Positions 58,119 to 64,000 of a DNA stretch of 64,000 nucleotides are shown here, one piece after another. The position numbers and the translations under genes are program-made. This DNA is from Candidatus Dormiibacterota bacterium (GTDB taxonomy: Bacteria; Chloroflexota; Dormibacteria; CF-121), in assembly GCA_036564925.1 (NCBI GenBank), contig DATCOB010000025.1, positions 6,708 through 70,707 on the forward strand, written 5' to 3'. The notes beneath the pieces are model-generated. The model worked only from the letters and a program-made list of their open reading frames with translations, did no database searches and had not been told where the DNA came from. Position 1 is the stretch's first letter. The number at the start of each line of letters is the position of its first letter.

Positions 58119-58142
58119 AACGGCCGGCCCGAAGGCCGGCCG
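58119..58142 (-). terminator. terminator hairpin downstream of pilin gene
   Basis: Perfect 9-bp GC stem CGGCCGGCC-CGAA-GGCCGGCCG immediately 3' of the pilin gene on the minus strand. Confidence 0.5.
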
Positions 58143-58164
58143 TCTGGATGAGACGACTCGTCGG

Positions 58165-58596
58165 TCAGTTGTAGACGCAGGACGTAGTCGGCACGCCGGT
58201 GATAACGCCGTGGACGGTGCCGTTGCCGAAGGACGTGGTCGCCGGGTTGCCTTCGTAGGTGAAGACTTCCGTCGAGGGCGGCGCCTGGTGCAACAGGCTG
58301 CTGGTCAGGAGCTCCGTGATGGCAACGCCATCTAAGTTGGCCGGCTTGGCCGTGTCGCCGGTGGCGGCGGCATCCGGGTAGACACCCTTGCTGTTGTAGT
58401 AGAGGTCGGCGGCGGACTGGATCGTCGCGCCGTCCGTCTTCATCGCGTTGCACGCCGTGCTGGCGTTCACACCCGAGATGTTGAAGAGCACGATGGCGGC
58501 GAGGATACCAAGGATGGCGATGACGACGAGGAGTTCCACGAGGGTGAACCCACCCTGGTTGCGCCTGCGCGCCTCGGCGAGTCGTTGCATGATCAT
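58165..58596 (-). CDS. pilA: type IV pilin (prepilin-type N-terminal cleavage/methylation domain)
   Basis: Leader ...NQGG then FTLVELLVVIAILGILAAI class III signal; 143 aa. Confidence 0.85.
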   Translation of the reverse strand: MIMQRLAEARRRNQGGFTLVELLVVIAILGILAAIVLFNISGVNASTACNAMKTDGATIQSAADLYYNSKGVYPDAAATGDTAKPANLDGVAITELLTSSLLHQAPPSTEVFTYEGNPATTSFGNGTVHGVITGVPTTSCVYN

Positions 58597-58669
58597 ATTT
58601 TTTCGAATACCTCCTTAGTCACGTCGACTTTAGGGCGGTAACCTTGCGGTTTCTGTAAAGGTTTCCTCA

Positions 58670-58800
58670 GCGCAGTAGCAGCTGGGTCACGGCGACGAAA
58701 AGGGCGCCGAGTATCACGGTCACCACGATGATGGCCACCAGGCGCCGGGTGCCGCGCCGCGAGCGCGAGGGTGGAGCGAAATCGACGGCGACCTGCGGCA
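58670..58800 (-). CDS. small single-TM protein (possible PilN/PilO-like remnant or pilus accessory peptide)
   Basis: 43-aa ORF MPQVAVDFAPPSRSRRGTRRLVAIIVVTVILGALFVAVTQLLLR starting 5 nt after pilM stop. Confidence 0.3.
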
Positions 58801-58805
58801 TGTGC

Positions 58806-59717
58806 TCAGGCTGCGACACGGACGTCACCTCCCTGTGACGAGATCAAGCGATCGCGCCAGCCGGCCTGCTGAAGCAGCCCGAGCCCGGCCAGATGGGCCT
58901 GCCAGGGGAAGTCCGGGGCACATACCACGCGAGGCGCCGGAAGCCGGACGGCGAAATCAAACCGCCGCTGCGCGCGCGCGACGCCGTCCTCGATGAACGC
59001 GATCCGGCCTGCGATGAAGAGCGGAGTTGTCGGTCCGATGGCCGCATCCGGCGCCACGGTGCGCATGAATCGGACCAGCGTGTTCAGCGAGAAGGCCAGC
59101 TCGTCGAGCTGGGCGTCGACCTCCCCGGACGGCGCATCCAACAGGAACGTCCGAAAGAAGCGGGGACGCCCGCCCACCATCAGGACCAGGGTGGCTTCCG
59201 AGGCGCCCCACTCCAGGACCATCCCGTCGGACGCACCGGCACCGCGGGCAAGGGCCAGCGGCTTCAGGTCGATCCGCTCCACCTGGAGCCCGGCCGCGGA
59301 CACCGCGGCCTGGATCGCGTCGATCATGTCGCGCCGGGCCGCGACCAGGTACACGGCGTAGCCGGCCCCCGCCCGCTGCGCATGCCAGGCGTAGTACACA
59401 TCATTGGCATCCATGGGGACCAGCCGGCGGCTCTCGAACGCGACGGCGGCCCCGAGTTCGCGGTCGGGCACCTGCGGCAAGGAGAAGTCGCGAACTGCCA
59501 CGCCCGCGTCGGCGATGGCGATCCGGGCGATCCTCGCGTCAATTCCCGATTCCTCGATCGCTCCGCGCAGGGCGGCGGTCAGCAGCGGCGTTGGGACGCC
59601 GTCCTGAACAGCTCCTTCCGGAAGGGGGACCTCGACGTGCCGGGTCAGGCGGCGGCCATCACCCTGCACGATCTTGAGCTCGCGCACTCCCAGGTCGATG
59701 CCAAGTCTCGATTTCAT
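58806..59717 (-). CDS. pilM: type IV pilus assembly protein PilM (actin-like ATPase fold)
   Basis: GIDLGVRELKIVQ N-terminus, PilM-like ASKHA fold; 303 aa. Confidence 0.8.
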   Translation of the reverse strand: MKSRLGIDLGVRELKIVQGDGRRLTRHVEVPLPEGAVQDGVPTPLLTAALRGAIEESGIDARIARIAIADAGVAVRDFSLPQVPDRELGAAVAFESRRLVPMDANDVYYAWHAQRAGAGYAVYLVAARRDMIDAIQAAVSAAGLQVERIDLKPLALARGAGASDGMVLEWGASEATLVLMVGGRPRFFRTFLLDAPSGEVDAQLDELAFSLNTLVRFMRTVAPDAAIGPTTPLFIAGRIAFIEDGVARAQRRFDFAVRLPAPRVVCAPDFPWQAHLAGLGLLQQAGWRDRLISSQGGDVRVAA

Positions 59718-60151
59718 TGAAAGCTTTCCCAGTCGATCCCCATCCCAGCGAGTCCTTGCGTAACCTGGGCTTTCAGCGTGCGGGCGGTCCCGCTCGCGGT
59801 TGCGGTCAGGTTAAAGGTGGCCCCTACCCCACGGCACGGGCTGCCCTTCGCAATCGCCACATTGACCGTGATGGGCCCGCTCGGGTAATTGAGCGTTAAC
59901 GCGGTGGTGGCCGGGGCGTTGCAGCCGTTGCCACGCTTCGTGTCAATAGCTTGCAACCCGTAGGCGATCCCCGCGTCGAGCGCATAGGTACTGCGGGTGT
60001 CCGAGCGCACGCCGTCGAGACCGAGGAATGCCGCGCTGGCCAGGGTGAGGCCGGCCCAGATCACCAGAAGGAACGCCGCCACAAAGACGAGGATGAGCAG
60101 CAGTGCCTGGCCCCGCTGGGTGTGGGAGGGCTTCATCGCCATTAGAAGCAT
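59714..60151 (-). CDS. pilus-associated protein with N-terminal TM helix (PilX/minor-pilin-like)
   Basis: QRGQALLLILVFVAAFLLVIWAGLTLA hydrophobic N-terminus; no canonical G/F-T-L-x-E cleavage site. Confidence 0.5.
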   Translation of the reverse strand: MLLMAMKPSHTQRGQALLLILVFVAAFLLVIWAGLTLASAAFLGLDGVRSDTRSTYALDAGIAYGLQAIDTKRGNGCNAPATTALTLNYPSGPITVNVAIAKGSPCRGVGATFNLTATASGTARTLKAQVTQGLAGMGIDWESFQ

Positions 60152-60618
60152 CCCCCGGGTCGGTTGCTGACGTTTAGCGTCACGCTGGCAACTCCAGCGG
60201 CGGATGGCTGGATCGTCGCGGTCTCGTAGCAGCTGGCCGGAGGAACAGTGAGTACCACGCTGGTAATGCCTCGCGCCGCAACCTGCGCCGAGCCGGCCGC
60301 GGTCCGAATCAACTCGTTGCTGCCGTCGATGCTGTACACGACGGTGACCGGTGGCGACCCATAGCTGAGCGTGACGGTGCTGCCCGCGGCAATCGTGCCG
60401 GTTGGAATTGTGGTCGCACTCGCGAGGTCACGGGTCAAGCTAAAGCTGGCATGGCTGACGGCGGTGTCCGCAGCGATCAGCCGCGCCTCATTCGTCAGGG
60501 TGCGGGTGCCGACAAGAAAGGTCCCCACCATGGCCACCGTGATGACGGTGAAGAGGGCCATGCCGACCATCGCCTCGACGATGGTGAACCCACGCTGGGC
60601 CGCTGCCCGCCTGCTCAT
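60142..60618 (-). CDS. prepilin-type pseudopilin / minor pilin
   Basis: QRGFTIVEAMVGMALFTVI class III signal. Confidence 0.75.
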   Translation of the reverse strand: MSRRAAAQRGFTIVEAMVGMALFTVITVAMVGTFLVGTRTLTNEARLIAADTAVSHASFSLTRDLASATTIPTGTIAAGSTVTLSYGSPPVTVVYSIDGSNELIRTAAGSAQVAARGITSVVLTVPPASCYETATIQPSAAGVASVTLNVSNRPGGCF

Positions 60619-60998
60619 GGTTGGACCTTGAGAAAATCCAGCGTCTCGCTGGAGCCGTTGGGTCCGCTGACGGTCAATACCATCTGCTGCAGGCCGTTGT
60701 CGGCATTGCCTGTCGCGAAGGTTGGATTCCGCGCCGGATCGTAGTAGAGCACCTGATAAGAGAAGCCGAAGCCTGCCGCCGCCAGGTTCGCGTAGGGTGA
60801 CGCGCCGGTCGCGTAAGCCTGGCTCTTGATGAACTCGGCGTCCGAGCGAGTGAGCCGGTCGAGCGTCGTCTGCTGCTGGTGTCGCGTCGCGGCGATGGTC
60901 ACCGCAGAAAACGCGCTCAGGATGGTGACGACGATCACGCCCAGCAATGCCACCGCGACCGTGGTCTCGATCAGGCTAAAGCCGGCCCTTTTCTTCAT
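60615..60998 (-). CDS. prepilin-type pseudopilin / minor pilin
   Basis: KRAGFSLIETTVAVALLGVIV class III signal; ATGA overlap with pilC stop; longer 309-aa ORF rejected. Confidence 0.75.
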   Translation of the reverse strand: MKKRAGFSLIETTVAVALLGVIVVTILSAFSAVTIAATRHQQQTTLDRLTRSDAEFIKSQAYATGASPYANLAAAGFGFSYQVLYYDPARNPTFATGNADNGLQQMVLTVSGPNGSSETLDFLKVQP

Positions 60999-62218
60999 TT
61001 GAGCGCCCCGACCAGGCCGTACATGGCCGAAATCAAGGAGACGGCGATGAAGCCGACGACCACCCCGACGGCGACCGTCATGACGGGTTCGATCAGCGAC
61101 GTCATCGCGCGGATGCGGTACTCGAGTTCTTCTTCGTAGAACTCGGCGGCCTGCTCGAGGTAAGTATCGAGCGTGCCCGTTTCCTCGCCGACCCGCACCA
61201 TCTGCGTCATCATCGGTGGAAACAGCCGGGTGCGGACGAGTGGTCCGGCGAAGCCCTCGCCGCTGGTCATCTGCTCCTTGACGGTGCCCAGGCCGCGCTG
61301 GAAGACCCGGTTGGCGGTGGCAGCGATCACGGCATCGAACGTCTGCCCCAGCGGGACGCCCGCCTTGAGCACCATGGATAGCGTGCGGGCGAAACGATTG
61401 AGGATGGCGGAGAGCACGATCGGGCCCAGGATCGGAGCCTTCAGCGCGATGACGTCCTTGGCGTAGAGGCCGCGCTGGGTCCGCAATGACAGAACGATTC
61501 CGGCGCCGATCGCGGTGAGGGACCCGCCGATAGCGAGCGCCCACGTCTGAATGAAGTCGACCATCCCGATGAGAATTCGGGTCGGAAGCGGCAGCTGGAC
61601 CTTGAACTCGGCGAAGATCTTCACGAAGGCCGGCAGCGCGAAGAAGACCAGGATGATCACCACCACGGTCGCGACGACGAGAATGACGGCCGGATAGATC
61701 ATGGCCGTCCGCACCCGCCGTACCGTGTTGAGGTCGCGGCGCAGGTATCCCGCGAGCTCCTTCAGGGTGCCTTCGAGGTTACCGGTGAGTTCGGCGACCC
61801 GGACCAGGTCGATATAGAGCGTCGGAAACACCCTGGGGTGCTTGGCCAGCGCTTCGGAGAGGTTCTGACCGCGCTCGAGGTCATCCAGTACCGCCAGAAT
61901 GACTCGCTTGAAGAGCGGAGACCCCGTTTCCTCGGCGATGGTCGAGAGGGCCCGGCTCATGGGAACGCCTGCGTTCACGAAGGTCGCCAGTTGCCGGGTG
62001 AAGAGGATGATGTCCGCTTGAGAAATCCTGTAGAGGGACGGAAAGTAATCCGCCATCGTTTTCTTTGGGGGTACCGGTCGGAGTTGAACGATCTTGAGAC
62101 CCTGCAGCCACAACGCCTGCTCGGCGGCCGACGTCCCTCCGGCCTCGATCTGCCCTTCACGACGCTTGCCGGTGTCCGTATAGGCGCGGTAGGCAAAACT
62201 AGGCAAGCGGGGCCTCAC
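60995..62218 (-). CDS. pilC: type IV pilus / T2SS platform protein (PilC/GspF family)
   Basis: Two T2SSF domains, 407 aa. Confidence 0.9.
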   Translation of the reverse strand: MRPRLPSFAYRAYTDTGKRREGQIEAGGTSAAEQALWLQGLKIVQLRPVPPKKTMADYFPSLYRISQADIILFTRQLATFVNAGVPMSRALSTIAEETGSPLFKRVILAVLDDLERGQNLSEALAKHPRVFPTLYIDLVRVAELTGNLEGTLKELAGYLRRDLNTVRRVRTAMIYPAVILVVATVVVIILVFFALPAFVKIFAEFKVQLPLPTRILIGMVDFIQTWALAIGGSLTAIGAGIVLSLRTQRGLYAKDVIALKAPILGPIVLSAILNRFARTLSMVLKAGVPLGQTFDAVIAATANRVFQRGLGTVKEQMTSGEGFAGPLVRTRLFPPMMTQMVRVGEETGTLDTYLEQAAEFYEEELEYRIRAMTSLIEPVMTVAVGVVVGFIAVSLISAMYGLVGALK

Positions 62219-63929
62219 TGACGTGGACCGAGCGCATCACTTCTCCGATCGTGGTCAAACCCTGATCGATCTTGGTGAGGCCGGATTCCCGCAGGGTCGT
62301 CATCCCATCGGCGATGGCCTGCTGGCGGAGTAGCTCCGGTGAGGCATCACGGAGCAGCAGGCGTTTGACGGCATCCGTGATTTTGAGCACTTCGAAGATG
62401 CCGATCCGGCCGTGGAACCCCGTGTGCGAGCAGTTGGCGCAACCGGTGCCGTGCGTGAAGCTCGTGCCCGAGCCACCGATGGCGCGGTAGAAGGCCAACT
62501 CCTCCACTGGTGGGACGTACGCGGTGCAGCAACGGTCGCAGATCCGGCGCACCAGCCGTTGCGCCTGGACGCCGATGACGGCAGAGGTCACCATGAAGGG
62601 CTCGATGCCCATTTCCAGGAATCGGTAGATGGCGCCGACTGCGTCGGTCGCGTGCAGGGATGAGAGGACGAGGTGGCCGGTCATGGCCGACTGGACCGAG
62701 ATCTCGGCCGTCTCCTTGTCCCGGATCTCGCCGACCAGGATGGCGTCGGGGTCCTGGCGCAGGATGGCGCGCAGGCCATTCGCGAAGGTGATGCCGGCCA
62801 GCCGGTTGATCTGGATCTGGTTGACGTTCTCGAAGGTGTACTCGACCGGGTCTTCGATCGTCATGACATTCTGCTCCGAGCGATCCAGTTCGCTGAGCGC
62901 CGCGTAGAGTGTGGTCGTCTTGCCGCTGCCGGTCGGACCGGTGACGAGGATCATGCCGTAGGGCGAACGGATCAGTTCCATGAACGTGGTGAGCGATCCT
63001 TGCGAAAGGCCGAGGGTATTGAGGCCGAGGATGGAACGAGAGCGCTCGAGGAGCCGCAGAACGAGCTTCTCGCCCCAGATCGTCTCGATGGTGCCGACGC
63101 GAATGTCCAGCGGCCGTCCTTCGACGGTGGTCTGGATCTGCCCATCCTGGCTGTGATGGCGGTCGACGATGTCCAGGTTCGCCAGCAACTTGACCCGCGA
63201 CGCGACCGGTGCGGCGAGCGTCACCGGGAGGTGGGTCGCGTCGTGAAGGACCCCGTCGATGCGGAAGCGGATGCGCAGGTGATCGCTCTGAGGCTCGATG
63301 TGAATGTCCGAGGCGCGCTCTTCCGCGCCTTGCGCGATGATGAGGTCCACGATCTGGACGACCGGCGCGTCCTGTTTGACCTCGGCCAGGCGCCGCCGGG
63401 GACCACTGGGTTGGCGTTGCTCTTCGAACGATCGCACGTGGCGATCGACGCCCCCCTGCAGCTTGTAGAACTGCCCGATGGCGCCATCGATTTCCGACCG
63501 AACGCCGATCAGCGGCTTGATCCGCTTGCGGGTGAGGACCTTGAGCTCGGCAAGGAGCGCCAGGTCCCCGGGGTCCATCGTGGCGACTTCCAGCTCGTCC
63601 TTTTGCAACCGGATCGGGAGGATGGTGTGCTGGCGGGCGTATGACTCGGGGATGAGGGCGAGCGCCTCCTTTTCGACCCGGGCCCTGGCAAAGTCGATCA
63701 ACGGGACTTTGAAGTGCAGGCTCAGCACGCCGGCAAGCGCCTTCTCATCGACGACCCCTTCCGCCAGGAGGACCTGCCCGAGCGGAAGCCGGGTGCGCTT
63801 CTGTTCCTGGAGCGCCTCGTCGAGCTGGGAGGGCGTCAGGAGACCGTTTTCGACCAGCAGCTCTCCGAGGCGCTTATCCTGGCGAGGCCCGAGCCCCCGT
63901 TGGGGAAGCTCCCGCTCCATGGCGCTCAT
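62199..63929 (-). CDS. pilB: type IV pilus assembly ATPase (PilB/GspE family)
   Basis: N-terminal T2SSE_N domain, Walker A LVTGPTGSGKTTTL, C-terminal Cys4 motif (CDRCC...CANCSHTGF). Confidence 0.9.
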   Translation of the reverse strand: MSAMERELPQRGLGPRQDKRLGELLVENGLLTPSQLDEALQEQKRTRLPLGQVLLAEGVVDEKALAGVLSLHFKVPLIDFARARVEKEALALIPESYARQHTILPIRLQKDELEVATMDPGDLALLAELKVLTRKRIKPLIGVRSEIDGAIGQFYKLQGGVDRHVRSFEEQRQPSGPRRRLAEVKQDAPVVQIVDLIIAQGAEERASDIHIEPQSDHLRIRFRIDGVLHDATHLPVTLAAPVASRVKLLANLDIVDRHHSQDGQIQTTVEGRPLDIRVGTIETIWGEKLVLRLLERSRSILGLNTLGLSQGSLTTFMELIRSPYGMILVTGPTGSGKTTTLYAALSELDRSEQNVMTIEDPVEYTFENVNQIQINRLAGITFANGLRAILRQDPDAILVGEIRDKETAEISVQSAMTGHLVLSSLHATDAVGAIYRFLEMGIEPFMVTSAVIGVQAQRLVRRICDRCCTAYVPPVEELAFYRAIGGSGTSFTHGTGCANCSHTGFHGRIGIFEVLKITDAVKRLLLRDASPELLRQQAIADGMTTLRESGLTKIDQGLTTIGEVMRSVHVSEAPLA

Positions 63930-64000
63930 CGGAGGCCCAACGCCGGTGACTTGAGGCGTTGCCTGATCGCTTCCAGCTCGTCGAACGTGAAGCGGAGGTG
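63926..64000 (-). CDS. 3' end of an upstream minus-strand CDS (partial, unknown)
   Basis: Open frame ...FDELEAIRQRLKSPALGLR-TGA whose stop overlaps pilB ATG (ATGA). Confidence 0.3.
   Translation of the reverse strand, partial: HLRFTFDELEAIRQRLKSPALGLR

Noticed and set aside
60615-61544. 309-aa version of the pseudopilin gene
   Set aside because: The upstream 180 aa overlap pilC in another frame. The prepilin signal (KRAGFSLIE) begins at the ATG that overlaps the pilC stop.
1-64000. CRISPR arrays, rRNA, tRNA genes, integrase/transposase-type mobile elements
   Set aside because: No regularly spaced direct repeats, no tRNA T-loop/acceptor signatures in intergenic regions, no rRNA-like stretches, and no transposase or integrase ORFs were seen. 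The only mobile-like gene is the DUF222-HNH endonuclease.

Overview
This is a very GC-rich (about 68%) bacterial chromosomal segment that is almost entirely coding. GTG and TTG starts are frequent, and many gene junctions overlap by 4 nt (ATGA/GTGA), which indicates translational coupling. The gene content points to a high-GC Gram-positive-like lineage: a MarP-type protease, a luciferase-like-monooxygenase (LLM) flavin oxidoreductase, a DUF222-HNH endonuclease, and an hrcA promoter carrying a CIRCE (HrcA-repressor binding) site.

Recognisable blocks, in order:
- a lactate/glycolate utilisation island: FMN-dependent alpha-hydroxy-acid oxidase, LctP permease and glcDEF;
- a menaquinone-related pair: an LLM oxidoreductase fused to a MenA/UbiA prenyltransferase, next to MenG/UbiE;
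- lipid and housekeeping genes: pgsA, plsY, panE, hpt;
- an acyl-CoA dehydrogenase, a magnesium-chelatase-like ChlD/ChlI pair, and a DUF222-HNH endonuclease inserted just before lepA-hemW;
- the hrcA-grpE-dnaJ heat-shock operon with a CIRCE element;
- a roughly 9 kb minus-strand operon that joins a universal-stress-protein (Usp)/protochlorophyllide-reductase-repeat protein, an ABC-2 exporter, two paralogous unknown membrane proteins and a Rieske/cytochrome b complex, with no c-type cytochrome;
- pdxH, an orphan CpaF ATPase, a sortase and an S8 peptidase;
- a c-di-GMP and two-component signalling block;
- a compact type IV pilus (T4P) operon (pilB, pilC, pseudopilins, pilM, pilA).

The observations I consider most worth a second look are:
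1. a DsbA/FrnE-family gene in which the first Cys codon of the CPxC catalytic motif is an in-frame TGA, making it a candidate selenoprotein (or a very recent pseudogene);
2. the LLM-UbiA fusion;
3. the Rieske/cytochrome b operon lacking a c-type cytochrome;
4. the Usp + zinc-ribbon + 6x PCP_red protein;
5. a roughly 35-nt intergenic motif (AAGTCTCTGTG...GAAG...TAG..GG..CC) present in three copies.

No rRNA, tRNA or CRISPR array was seen. Several very long antisense ORFs (up to 1674 aa) are rejected as artefacts of high GC content.
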